Assembly: GCA_036504135.1 (NCBI GenBank)
Contig: DASXVP010000001.1
Location: 26,216 to 90,215 of the forward strand
Direction of reading: 5' to 3'
Length of the DNA: 64,000 bases
Source: Paludibaculum sp.
GTDB taxonomy: Bacteria; Acidobacteriota; Terriglobia; Bryobacterales; Bryobacteraceae
Shown: positions 48,387 through 59,161 of the stretch, in pieces
How positions within the stretch are numbered: position 1 is the first letter of the stretch
Layout: every line of letters begins with the position of its first letter
Program-made: the position numbers and the translations under genes
The notes under the pieces: model-generated
The model's input: only the letters and a program-made list of their open reading frames with translations
Told to the model about the DNA's origin: nothing
Databases searched by the model: none

Positions 48387-48502
48387 ACTCGGAGCGGGTC
48401 CGAGCTTGGAGTCTGACGGGGACGAGGGCGGCTGTTCGGAGGTCTGGTATGTGCGGGTGACGTCGGAGATGCATCAAGTGCGATCTGTGGCATCATGAGG
48501 AC

Positions 48503-48727
48503 ATGAGGACGACATTGCACATTGATGATGACGCGTACAAGATTGTGGTGCGGTACGCGAAGCTGCGGAAGATCCGGGTGGGGCAAGCGGTCTCGGACCT
48601 GATCGTCCGAGGTTCGCAGGCGGAGGTGCCGGTGAAAGAGATGGGCGGATTGCTCATATTCGATCCGCCGAAGGATTTTCCAAAGATCACGACGGAACAG
48701 GTGAAGCGGTTGGCAGAGGAGTGGTGA
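48503..48727 (+). CDS. type II antitoxin (VapB-like)
   Basis: 74 aa ORF starting MRTTLHIDDDAYKIVVRYAKL.... Its stop overlaps the downstream PIN gene. Confidence 0.7.
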   Translation: MRTTLHIDDDAYKIVVRYAKLRKIRVGQAVSDLIVRGSQAEVPVKEMGGLLIFDPPKDFPKITTEQVKRLAEEW

Positions 48728-48729
48728 GC

Positions 48730-49149
48730 ATGCAGAGCCTGCTAGACGTGAATGTGCTGGTCGCGCTGTTTTGGCCGCAGCACGCGAAGCACCAGGCCGC
48801 GAAGGAGTGGTTTCAGCAACAAGCTGGCGTGCGGGGCGGTTGGGCGACTTGCGCCATCACGCAGGCGGGGTTTGTGCGGGTGCTCTCCAATCCGGTTGTG
48901 AATCAAGGCGCCTTGTCGGTGCTGAGAACGACTTTGATCCTGGAAGAGAATCTGAAGCGGCCGGGGCACAGTCTCTGGTGCATGGACGTGAACTGGCCGG
49001 AGGCGCTGCGATTGTCCGGGGCGGCGATTGACGGATTCCAGCAGGTGACGGACCTGTACCTGATCGGGCTGGCGGTGAAGCACAAGGGGCGACTGGTGAC
49101 ATTTGACCGCGCCTTGGGGAGGCTGAGCGAGAGAGTGGTGGTGATTTAG
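48730..49149 (+). CDS. vapC: PIN-domain toxin VapC
   Basis: MQSLLDVNVLVALFWPQH...VTDLYLIGLAVKHKGRLVTFD. An alternative GTG start lies at 48721. Confidence 0.85.
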   Translation: MQSLLDVNVLVALFWPQHAKHQAAKEWFQQQAGVRGGWATCAITQAGFVRVLSNPVVNQGALSVLRTTLILEENLKRPGHSLWCMDVNWPEALRLSGAAIDGFQQVTDLYLIGLAVKHKGRLVTFDRALGRLSERVVVI

Positions 49150-49155
49150 TTAGCG

Positions 49156-49193
49156 GCCGGACCAGGGGGTCCGGCGCGGACGAGGGCGTCCGC
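49156..49193. terminator. two adjacent GC-rich hairpins sharing an AGGG loop, in a convergent spacer
   Basis: GCCGGACC-AGGG-GGTCCGGC is immediately followed by GCGGACG-AGGG-CGTCCGC. Confidence 0.5.
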
Positions 49194-49248
49194 CCCCCGA
49201 AGAGACTGCGCTAATGGAGGCTGGTTTTGCTGGCTTGCAGGGACTGAG

Positions 49249-52200
49249 TCACTGGAGGCTGATTTTGTTGGCTTCCAGGGTGGTGCCTAGGACGCGTTGG
49301 ACTTGGGCGATGGCTTTGTTCTGGAGGAGGTAGGCGCCTACGAGACGGCGGCGGGAATCTACCAGTTCGTTCTGGCGGGTGAGGACCAGGAAGTTGGTGC
49401 TCTCGCCGGTGGAGAAGAGGCGGATTTCGCTTTCGAGTTTTTCGAGGGAGGCTTTTTCGCTGGCTCGGGCGGCGGTGATGCGCTGGCGGGCGGTCTCTAG
49501 GGCCTGGAGGGCGGTGCGGACCTCGGCGTTGATGCCTTGTTCGAGTTGGAGGCGGGCGAGTTTCAGGCGGCGCTCGTTGATGGCGACCTGATCGAGCTGG
49601 GCCTCGGCCGCGCGGTTGCGGGGGTTCCATTCGATGGCGAGGCCGGCCTGGACGGATTGGGAGCCGAAGCCGAACATATTATTGAGGGCCTGGCCGTAGC
49701 CGCCGATGTAGGACGTGGGGATGGAGCCGCCGCCGATGCTGATGGGGGGAAGCGGAGGCAGGCCGGCCAGGGTGGAGAGATCGTTGACGCGACCGAACAG
49801 CGGGCCGAAGGCGGCGGCGAAACCGCCACTGCTGCTGGATTGCGGCTGGGTGCCGGCGAGTCCGGCGCTGGAGTAGTTGGCTGTGAGATTGACTTGGGGC
49901 TTGGTGGCGCTGCGAGCCAGGTTCTTCTGCACTTCATTCTGCTCGACGCGGAGTTCCAGGGAGCGCAGCTCGGGCCGTTTCTGAATGGCGATGGTGGTGG
50001 CCTCGCGCACGTCCTCGGTGGGGAGATCGGAGGGGCGGCGATCTGTAGGGACCAGACGCTCGTTCCAGAGGGCGTCTTCGCGATCGGGCGTGAGGATGAC
50101 CTTGAGCTGATTTTCAGCAGCGGTGACGAGACCGATGGCGGAGGAGTAGGAATCGATGCGGCGCTGAAGTTCAGCCTCGGAGGCGGACGATTCGATGGGG
50201 GCGAGCGTGCCGGCCGAGATCTGGCGCAGGTTGCGATCATGCTGTTCCTGGGCGAGGCGAACGCCATCGCTGGCGACGACCGCATCTTCGATGGCGGCGG
50301 CGAGATCCCAGTAGGCGCTGACGGCGCGGGTGATGACATCGCTGACGCGGGTCTCGAAATCTGAGCGGGATTGCTGATTCTGCTTCATGCGGATCTTGAG
50401 CGTGGCTCGATCCAGATCCTCCTGGCGGTAGCGCCAGAGGGGGAGCGCGAAGCCGGCAGTGAGGCGCGAGGTGAAGGTGGGGTTGAGGGCGGCGAAGGGG
50501 CTGTTGGTGGAGGTGCGGTTGTTGTCGAAATCGACGTGGAACGACATGCCCTGCCAGGGGGTGCGCTGGCGGAGAGAGACGTTGTTATTGGCGAGATGCT
50601 CGACAAGTTTTCCGTTGGCGCCAGCGAGGGTGTTGGAAACGGGCGTGTTGCGGGTCTCGATGGAGGGGTTGTAGAGCACGACGGCGTCGAAAGAGCCACG
50701 GGCGCCCTGAATGGCCGAGAGGGCGGTGGCCATGTTGGTGCGCTCGACCTCGATTTCGAGGTTGTTCTTGAGGGCCAGTTGCAGGGCCTCGTCGAGGGCG
50801 ATCTTCTTTTCGAGAGCGGTGACGCCGACTCTTTTGGCCTGGGAGACGGACTCGCGCGCCTTGGCCATTTCGGGCGTATCGGGGCGCAGATCCTGGGCTC
50901 GGCCAGGCCACGTGAGGAACAGTCCTAGGAGGAGGAGCGGGACAACGATGGCGTTGACGGTCTTCTTGCGGCGGCCGAGGGGATCGATGATTCTCCTCCA
51001 GCGGGGGGAGTTGGCGAGGTCGTCGAAGATCGAGTAGGCCACGGGCGTGACAAGCAGCGTCAGGATCAGGGCCATGGACTGGCCGCCGATGACGACGATG
51101 GCCACGGTGCGGCGGCTGCCAGCGCCGGCGCCTGTGCCGAAGGCGAGCGGCGACATACCCGCGACAAGCGCGGCTGTGGTCATCAGGATGGGGCGTAGAC
51201 GATCGTCGCAGCCCTGATAGATGGCTTCGAGGCGCGACATGCCCTCCCGGCGCAGGCCCTTGATGTGATCGATCTGAAGAATGGAGTTCTTCTTGACGAT
51301 GCCGAAGAGGACCAGGACGCCGAGCGACGTATAGACGATGGAGAAGTTCTCGCCGACCAGGAAGAGGCTCAGAAGCGCGAAGGGGATGGAGAGCGGGAGG
51401 CTGAGCAGAATGGTGACGGGATCGATGAAGCTCTCATAGTTGGCGGCGAGGATCATGTACATGAACACAACCGAGAGGATGAAGGCGAAGAGGAAGTTCT
51501 GGACGGCGCGGCCGAGTTCCTTGGAGCGGCCGATGGCGCCGTAGCGATAGTCGGGTGGCAGATCCAGCGCCTCCATTTCGGCGGCGGCGATGGTGAGGAG
51601 GTCACCGAGAGCGAGGCCCTTGTTGATGTTGGCGCTGATCATGATGCGCCGCTGGCGGTTCCAGCGGTCGATGGAGGTCGGTCCGGTGCCGGCCGACAAG
51701 GAGGCGACGTTGGCGATGGGCACGTTGCCGAGGGTGCCGGAGGGTACATAGAGGCGCTCGAGAGCGGCGGACGAATTGCGGAAGGGTTTGCTGACACGGA
51801 GCAGAACGTCATAGCGATCGTCACCTTCCTTGTAAGTGGTGACCTGATCGTCGCCACCGACGAGGATGCGCATGGCGTTGGCGACCTGGGCAACGTTGAC
51901 GTTGAGATCGGCTGCCTTGTCGCGATTGATGGTGACGCGCACTTCGGGCTTGCCGGACTCGTAAGACATATCGAGATCGTTGACACCGTTGACTTGGCGC
52001 AGCTTGGCCATGAGGCGGTTGGAATAAACCTCGAGCTTGGCGAGGTCGGGGCCCTGGATGGAGTATTGGAAGTCGCGGTCGGCGGCGCCGCTGATGAGCG
52101 CGGGGAGTTGCACGCCGACGGTGAGGTCCTTGTATTTGGCGAGGCGCTCGCGGGCCATGTCCATGAGCTGGCGCTGTGTCTCTTTGCGATGTTTGACATC

Positions 52201-54042
52201 GACGAGCTCGACGAGCACGGCGGCGCGATCGACCTGGCGGCGCTGATCGGCTCCGATGGTGGTGAGGAGATCGCGGACACCGGGAAGGGTTTTCAGATCA
52301 TTTTCGACCTGGGCGATAACTTCGGTGGTGCCTTCGAGCGAGCTGCCGACGGGCATGCGGACGGAGACTTCGAACTCGCTCTGGTCCTCGACGGGCAGGA
52401 AATCGACGCCCATGTTCTGGACCATAGGGACGGTGGTCATGACGACGAGGATGGAGATGGTGACGATGACCCAGCGGTGGGCCATTGACCATTCGAGCAG
52501 CTTGCGGTAGGGCACGGAGGTGAGCTTGTGGAAGAGGCCGGCCTTGGTGTCTTCAGCCTCTTTGCCGAGCTTGAGGAAGCGCGAGCAGAGCATGGGCGTG
52601 AGGGTGAAGCTGACCAGGAGGGAGACAGCGATGGCGAAGGCTGCGGTGTACCCGAAGCTCGACATGAAGCGGCCGACGATGCCGGGCATGATGGCAATGG
52701 GGATGAAGATGATGATGAGGGAGAGCGTGGTGGCGAGGACGGCGAGACCGATCTCGCGGGTGCCCTCGGCGGCTGCTTCCATCGCGGTCATGTGCTTCTC
52801 TTCCATGTGGCGGAAGATGTTTTCCAGCACGACGATGGCGTCGTCGATCACGATGCCCACCACAAGGGTGAGACCCAACATGGTGATCTGATTGAGCGTG
52901 AAGCCCATCATGTTAAGCAGCGTGAATGTGGAGATGATGGACGTGGGGATGGCGATGGCGGCGATGACGGTGGAGCGCCAATTGCGGATAAAGAGCAGCA
53001 CTATAATACCGGCGAAGACGCCGCCTAGGATGAGGTGCTCCTGGACTGCTTCAAAGGCGGCCTCGATAAAGCCGGACTGATCGCGGGCGTAGGTGATTTC
53101 GAAATCAGGCGGGAGCGAGGACTTGAGCTCGTTGAGACGGTTCTTGACGTTGGCGATGACATCGAGCGAGTTGGTGCCGGCCTGCTTGCGGACGGCGAGG
53201 ACGACGGCGGACTTGCCGTTCAGGCGGGCGGCGGAGCGGGGCTCCTCGTAGCCGTCGACGACCTGGGCGATATCGCCGATGCGGATGGGGGCGCCGTTGA
53301 GGTTGCCGACGACGACGCGTTCAAAATCGATGGGGCGTTCCACGCGGCCGAGCGTACGGAGGGAGAGCTCGCGATGGCCCTGATCGATGCGGCCGCCGGG
53401 GATTTCGATATTCTGGGCGGCGAGGGCGCCGCGAACCTGCTCGATATTGAGATTGTAGGAGTAGAGCTTGTCGCCATCGAGGACGACCTGGATCTGGCGT
53501 TTGCGATCGCCGACGAAGCGGACCTGGCCGACGCCGGCGAGGGACTCGATATTCTTCTTCAGGCGGTCGTCGACGAGCTTGGTAATCTCGCGCAGATCCC
53601 GTTTGGCGGAGACGACGACGTTGAGTACGGGGGCGGCATCGGTGGCCACCTTCTCGACAACGGGCTGCTTGACGTCCTTGGGCAGGGTGCCGAGGACGGT
53701 GGATATCTTGTCACGGACTTCCTGGGCGGCGACCTCGGGGTCCTTTTCCAGCATGAAGCCGATGGTGATGATGGAGATGCCTTCGGCGGAGGTGGAGTTG
53801 AGATCGTCGATGCCGCTGATGGTATTGATGACCTCTTCGAGGGGCTTGGTGACCTGCGATTCCACCTCTTCGGGCGAGGCGCCGGGGAGGACGGTCTGGA
53901 TATTGACGAACGGGAATTCGACTTTAGGGAAGTAGTCGACGCCGAGCTTGCGGTAGCTGGCCAGGCCGATGACGACCAGGGCCAGGATGAGCATGGTGGC
54001 AAAGACGGGGCGGCGGATGCAGAGTTGAGCTAGTTTTTGCAT
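49249..54042 (-). CDS. RND (AcrB-type) efflux permease fused in frame to a TolC-type outer membrane factor
   Basis: Single 1597-codon ORF. The N-terminal ~1015 aa are AcrB-like (MQKLAQLCIRRPVFATMLIL... with 12 TM helices). Then RRKKTVNAIVVPLLLLGLFLTWPGRAQD, then a two-repeat TolC/OEP domain running to ...LGTTLEANKISLQ. Confidence 0.85.
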   Translation of the reverse strand: MQKLAQLCIRRPVFATMLILALVVIGLASYRKLGVDYFPKVEFPFVNIQTVLPGASPEEVESQVTKPLEEVINTISGIDDLNSTSAEGISIITIGFMLEKDPEVAAQEVRDKISTVLGTLPKDVKQPVVEKVATDAAPVLNVVVSAKRDLREITKLVDDRLKKNIESLAGVGQVRFVGDRKRQIQVVLDGDKLYSYNLNIEQVRGALAAQNIEIPGGRIDQGHRELSLRTLGRVERPIDFERVVVGNLNGAPIRIGDIAQVVDGYEEPRSAARLNGKSAVVLAVRKQAGTNSLDVIANVKNRLNELKSSLPPDFEITYARDQSGFIEAAFEAVQEHLILGGVFAGIIVLLFIRNWRSTVIAAIAIPTSIISTFTLLNMMGFTLNQITMLGLTLVVGIVIDDAIVVLENIFRHMEEKHMTAMEAAAEGTREIGLAVLATTLSLIIIFIPIAIMPGIVGRFMSSFGYTAAFAIAVSLLVSFTLTPMLCSRFLKLGKEAEDTKAGLFHKLTSVPYRKLLEWSMAHRWVIVTISILVVMTTVPMVQNMGVDFLPVEDQSEFEVSVRMPVGSSLEGTTEVIAQVENDLKTLPGVRDLLTTIGADQRRQVDRAAVLVELVDVKHRKETQRQLMDMARERLAKYKDLTVGVQLPALISGAADRDFQYSIQGPDLAKLEVYSNRLMAKLRQVNGVNDLDMSYESGKPEVRVTINRDKAADLNVNVAQVANAMRILVGGDDQVTTYKEGDDRYDVLLRVSKPFRNSSAALERLYVPSGTLGNVPIANVASLSAGTGPTSIDRWNRQRRIMISANINKGLALGDLLTIAAAEMEALDLPPDYRYGAIGRSKELGRAVQNFLFAFILSVVFMYMILAANYESFIDPVTILLSLPLSIPFALLSLFLVGENFSIVYTSLGVLVLFGIVKKNSILQIDHIKGLRREGMSRLEAIYQGCDDRLRPILMTTAALVAGMSPLAFGTGAGAGSRRTVAIVVIGGQSMALILTLLVTPVAYSIFDDLANSPRWRRIIDPLGRRKKTVNAIVVPLLLLGLFLTWPGRAQDLRPDTPEMAKARESVSQAKRVGVTALEKKIALDEALQLALKNNLEIEVERTNMATALSAIQGARGSFDAVVLYNPSIETRNTPVSNTLAGANGKLVEHLANNNVSLRQRTPWQGMSFHVDFDNNRTSTNSPFAALNPTFTSRLTAGFALPLWRYRQEDLDRATLKIRMKQNQQSRSDFETRVSDVITRAVSAYWDLAAAIEDAVVASDGVRLAQEQHDRNLRQISAGTLAPIESSASEAELQRRIDSYSSAIGLVTAAENQLKVILTPDREDALWNERLVPTDRRPSDLPTEDVREATTIAIQKRPELRSLELRVEQNEVQKNLARSATKPQVNLTANYSSAGLAGTQPQSSSSGGFAAAFGPLFGRVNDLSTLAGLPPLPPISIGGGSIPTSYIGGYGQALNNMFGFGSQSVQAGLAIEWNPRNRAAEAQLDQVAINERRLKLARLQLEQGINAEVRTALQALETARQRITAARASEKASLEKLESEIRLFSTGESTNFLVLTRQNELVDSRRRLVGAYLLQNKAIAQVQRVLGTTLEANKISLQ

Positions 54043-54059
54043 GGTGTGGGCGCCTTGAA

Positions 54060-55277
54060 CTAGCTGCGGCCCGCCACCTTGACGGGCGCTCCGTTGGTGA
54101 GCAGCGGGATGGAGGAGATGGCGACGGTGGCGCCGGCGGGGATGGTGCCCTCCGGCATTTCGATGAAGCCGTTGGCGCCGAGAATCTCGGGCACCTTATG
54201 CTCGACGGCCTTGCCGTTTTCGATGGTGAAGAACTTGTTGAGGCCGGCTACGGTGTAGACGGCGGCACGGGGCACGGCGACAACGGCGAATGCCTTGTTG
54301 GTGACGAGGCGAACCTGGACGAACGAGCCGGGCTTGAGGCGGGCGTCGTTGGTGAGCAGGCGGGCTTCGGCGGTGAGAGTGCGGTTGCGATTATCTAGCG
54401 ACGGATTCAACTCGCGTACGACCGCCTGGAACTGGGCATTGGGGACGGCCTCGGTGGTGAAGACCAGGGTGGTGCCGATCTTGACGTCGGCGACGACGGA
54501 TTCGGGGACATCCGCGCGGAGGCGCAACGGGTAGGCTTTGACGATGGTGTAGATCGGCACGTTTTCCTTGATGTACTGGCCGGGGGAGACGTGCTTGACC
54601 TGGACGATGCCATCGAAGGGGGCGAGGACGGAGGCGTCTTTGAGGCGTTTTTCGGCGAGCTTAACGTCGGCCTTGAGCTGGCGGATGACGGCGAGCTGGG
54701 TGCGGAGGTCGTCCTGAGTGGCTTCGACGGCGGCGAGACGGGCGCGGTAGAGCTTATCGAGCTCGTTGAATCGCTCCTGGCTGATGTCGCCGGTCTTGAT
54801 GAGCTTGGCGGCGTTATCGTACTTGGACTTCGCGTCCTCCATCTGGGCCTTGGCCTGGCGCATCATGGCGGTGGAGCCGGGGGTAGCTTCCTGGCCGGGG
54901 TCCATGCCGACGCGGGCGAGAGCCTGGGCGAGGGTGGCGCGGGAGCGCTCAACCTGGAGGGCGAGCTCTTGAGTATCGAGCTCGGCGACGATCTCGCCTT
55001 TGCGGACGAACTGGCCGAAATCGGCAGCGAGGGTGGTGATGCGACCGGGCACCTCGGAGCTGACGGTGGTGGTCTCATCGGGCTGGAGCGAGCCGGTGAC
55101 CATGATGGAGCGCTCCACCGTGCGGGCCTCAGAGAGCGCGGTCTTGACGGAGATGGGCTCCGGCGGGCGGGCGGCGGCGGCTTTGGCAGCGGCCTGGGCG
55201 GCTGCTTCTTTGTTTCCGCAGCCGGCGAGGAGAAAGGCGGTCAGGACCAGCAGGAGAAGGGCTATGGATCGGTGCAT
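54060..55277 (-). CDS. RND efflux periplasmic adaptor subunit (lipoprotein)
   Basis: Start at MHRSIALLLLVLTAFLLAGCGNKE (lipobox). HlyD_D23-like coiled coil and beta-barrel. Confidence 0.9.
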   Translation of the reverse strand: MHRSIALLLLVLTAFLLAGCGNKEAAAQAAAKAAAARPPEPISVKTALSEARTVERSIMVTGSLQPDETTTVSSEVPGRITTLAADFGQFVRKGEIVAELDTQELALQVERSRATLAQALARVGMDPGQEATPGSTAMMRQAKAQMEDAKSKYDNAAKLIKTGDISQERFNELDKLYRARLAAVEATQDDLRTQLAVIRQLKADVKLAEKRLKDASVLAPFDGIVQVKHVSPGQYIKENVPIYTIVKAYPLRLRADVPESVVADVKIGTTLVFTTEAVPNAQFQAVVRELNPSLDNRNRTLTAEARLLTNDARLKPGSFVQVRLVTNKAFAVVAVPRAAVYTVAGLNKFFTIENGKAVEHKVPEILGANGFIEMPEGTIPAGATVAISSIPLLTNGAPVKVAGRS

Positions 55278-55282
55278 GGTAA

Positions 55283-55957
55283 TTAGCGAGCTCCAGGTTT
55301 GGAATCCGGACAGATTCCGTTTAGAAAGATGTCTACAAACTGACTTACGACTTCCTCGCGGGAAAGTTCCGATGCAGGGCGTTGATATATGGCGCTGACC
55401 TGGCCGTATTGGCACATCATGCCGAGAAAGGCGCGGGCGATGATGACATGATTCTGACCCTTGAATGCGCCCTCAGCCATGCGGCGTTGGACGTACTCTT
55501 CCAGGACCTGAATGAACTGGACGGTGCAGCGGTTGTACCAGATGTCGGCGAGGTCGTGGCCCTCGAGGGCGCTGAAGAGGAGTAGCCGGATGTGATTGGT
55601 TTCGTCGAGGTACCAGTTGACCACTTCGAGGCCGAACCATTGGAAGAAAGAGCGATCGTCGGAGGTGCCGTGAAACTGGCAGAGAGCGGCGTCACCCACG
55701 GCGGCGCGTTCCCCTACCATTTGATCGACAATGGCAGTGTAAAGGTCCCGTTTGGTGGCAAAGTGCTGATAGAGAACGGGTTCGCTGACACCGACGGCGA
55801 GAGCAAGCTCGCGGGTGGTGGTGCCGCGGAAGCCGCGTTTGGCGAAGAGATCGATGGCGGTGCGGACAATGGCGGCCCGCCGCTCCACACTGGAGAGGCG
55901 CTGGCGGGCGGGAGCGGCTTCCCCGCCGGAACTAGCATCCACTAACATAGTATTCAC
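55283..55957 (-). CDS. TetR/AcrR family transcriptional regulator
   Basis: HTH segment FRGTTTRELALAVGVSEPVLYQHF. GTG at 55957 or ATG at 55948. Confidence 0.9.
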   Translation of the reverse strand: MNTMLVDASSGGEAAPARQRLSSVERRAAIVRTAIDLFAKRGFRGTTTRELALAVGVSEPVLYQHFATKRDLYTAIVDQMVGERAAVGDAALCQFHGTSDDRSFFQWFGLEVVNWYLDETNHIRLLLFSALEGHDLADIWYNRCTVQFIQVLEEYVQRRMAEGAFKGQNHVIIARAFLGMMCQYGQVSAIYQRPASELSREEVVSQFVDIFLNGICPDSKPGAR

Positions 55958-55958
55958 T

Positions 55959-55988
55959 AATGTAGCAGGACCAGCTGGGATTGGTCAA
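55959..55988 (-). promoter_or_regulatory. candidate sigma-70 promoter of the tetR-MFP-RND operon
   Basis: Minus strand reads TTGACC-18 nt-TACATT. The -10 ends 1 nt before the GTG, which would favour the ATG at 55948 on a very short leader. Confidence 0.3.
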
Positions 55989-56178
55989 TCACCGAGGCGG
56001 CGGGCAGCCATTGGGCTCATCTTGTTTGCAGTGCCCGCGGGTGGTGGATTCCATTGGCGACAGTCTATGCGCGGCGTACCGCCGTGGGGCGCAGTTGCGG
56101 GGCCAGGCGCAATCGGTTTGGGGCTCTGCGCCGATGGAGCGGCCGGCGGCGGTGGTGGTGGATGGGCGCGCGGCCGGC

Positions 56179-56994
56179 TCAGCCGGCGTAGAGGGTCATG
56201 CCGCCGTCGACACGGATGATCTGGCCGTTGACGAAGCGGGCGGCGGGGCCGGCGAGGAAGGCGACGACATCGGCGATCTCGGCCGGATCACCGTAGCGAT
56301 TGAGGGAGGCGCCGGCATCCATCATGGCGGGATCGACTTTGCGGGTGGCGACGAAGCGGGCGGTTTTGGTGGGGCCGGGGCTGACGGCGTTGACTCTGAC
56401 GCCCTGGGTGCGGAGCTCAGCGGCAAGGCAGCGGGTGTAGTGGACGACGGCGGCTTTGAGGGTGGAGTAGACGACCTCGGGCGAGGTGCCGAAGTGGGCG
56501 GCGGCGGAGGCGATGTTGATGACGGCGCCGCCGCCGGCGGCGATCATGGCGGGGCAGAAGGCCTGGCACATCAGCATTGTGCCGATGAGGTTGTTGTTGA
56601 TGAGCGTCTGGATATCGAGGAGGGAGATATCAAGGGCGTTGTTGGGATTGGGCTTGCCTCCCTGGGCACCGATGTCGCCGCCGGCGCAGTTTACGAGCAC
56701 GTTCACGGGGCCGAGCTTGGCGGTGATCTCTTCGGCCATGCGGCGGACGGCGGCCTGATCGCCGATATTGCCGGTGACGGCCATGGTGCGGGTGCCGTAG
56801 CGCTCCAGTTCTTTGGCGACGGCGCCGAGATCGGGGGCCTCGCCGTATTTGGCGGGGGCGTTCCGATCGAGGTCATGGATGATGACGTCGGCTCCGAGTT
56901 CGGCGAGGCGTTCGGCGATGGCGCGGCCGAGACCGCGGCCGGAGCCGGTGACGAAGGCGACTTTTCCGGACAGGGGGGGATTCACATTGCTCAT
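56179..56994 (-). CDS. SDR family oxidoreductase
   Basis: TGSGRGLGRAIA glycine motif and YSTLKAAV catalytic YxxxK. Confidence 0.92.
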   Translation of the reverse strand: MSNVNPPLSGKVAFVTGSGRGLGRAIAERLAELGADVIIHDLDRNAPAKYGEAPDLGAVAKELERYGTRTMAVTGNIGDQAAVRRMAEEITAKLGPVNVLVNCAGGDIGAQGGKPNPNNALDISLLDIQTLINNNLIGTMLMCQAFCPAMIAAGGGAVINIASAAAHFGTSPEVVYSTLKAAVVHYTRCLAAELRTQGVRVNAVSPGPTKTARFVATRKVDPAMMDAGASLNRYGDPAEIADVVAFLAGPAARFVNGQIIRVDGGMTLYAG

Positions 56995-57004
56995 TGAGGT
57001 ACTC

Positions 57005-57988
57005 CTACATCCAACCGAGGGATTTCATATTTTCGGCGCTGCGGCGAATCATATCCAACTCATATTGCACGATGGTGGCGGCATCGTCGCCGCGTTCCCA
57101 GGGTGTGCGGTAATCGGCGTCATCGGGGAGGCGGCGGAGGCGGGCGGCGGCGAGGCAGGGGCCGAGCTCGGCCGCGGTTTTGGGTGCGTAACCGTTCCAC
57201 CACTCGGGGCGAAAGAGGCGGACGTGGCGGGCCTCCAGGGCACCGGGTTCGAGGGAGGCGGTGAGGGTGGGGTGGTGCTGGGCCAGGATGGTGGCGAGCT
57301 CCTGAAAGGGCACTGCGCCGTCGCCGATGGCGCAGCGGACGAGGCGGTAGCCCTCATCGGTCCACTGGGCGTTGTAGTCCTTGAGGTGGACGTGGCGGAC
57401 GAGCGGGGCGACGCGGCGGGCAAACTCGAGGGGCGCCTCGCCGACGGCGAGGGGGTTGCCGGTGTCGATGCAGATGCCGACGTTGGGACCGGACTCGACG
57501 CAGAAATCGAGCAGCTCCTGACTGCCGAAATCCTGATGGTTTTCGATGGCGAGGACGAGGCCCAAGGCGGCGGCGTGGGGGGCGTAGGCGTGGAGGTTGC
57601 GGCGGGCGTTGGCGATGAACTCGAGCCATTGGGGGCCACAGGCGTTGCGATCGCCGCAAAGGACGGGGCTGAGGCCGAGGCGGATGGTTTTGGCTCCAAC
57701 TGCCAGGGCGGATTGAATGGCGGTATCGAGACCTTCGAGCGGAGGACCGAGGCTGATGACGGGCGTCATGCCGAGGGCTGCGATGTGCTCGCGAACGGAC
57801 TGTGCGGCGGGTGGGGTGAGCCCGGTAATCCAGGAGTTGTGGAACTCGATGGTTTTGGCGTTGAGCTGGCAGGCGATCTCGATGAAGCCCTCCATGCCGC
57901 GGCCGGCGGGGTTGACGCGCGGGGTGCCACGGCCCTGGAGGCCGAGGTAGTAGGTGAGGCCGTAGGGGTTGAGTCCAATGCGGAGCAT
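57005..57988 (-). CDS. sugar phosphate isomerase/epimerase (xylose isomerase-like TIM barrel)
   Basis: 327 aa ORF whose overall pattern (IEFHN..., LAIENH, VHLKD) matches this family. Confidence 0.82.
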   Translation of the reverse strand: MLRIGLNPYGLTYYLGLQGRGTPRVNPAGRGMEGFIEIACQLNAKTIEFHNSWITGLTPPAAQSVREHIAALGMTPVISLGPPLEGLDTAIQSALAVGAKTIRLGLSPVLCGDRNACGPQWLEFIANARRNLHAYAPHAAALGLVLAIENHQDFGSQELLDFCVESGPNVGICIDTGNPLAVGEAPLEFARRVAPLVRHVHLKDYNAQWTDEGYRLVRCAIGDGAVPFQELATILAQHHPTLTASLEPGALEARHVRLFRPEWWNGYAPKTAAELGPCLAAARLRRLPDDADYRTPWERGDDAATIVQYELDMIRRSAENMKSLGWM

Positions 57989-57991
57989 GTC

Positions 57992-59161
<1,170 letters not shown>

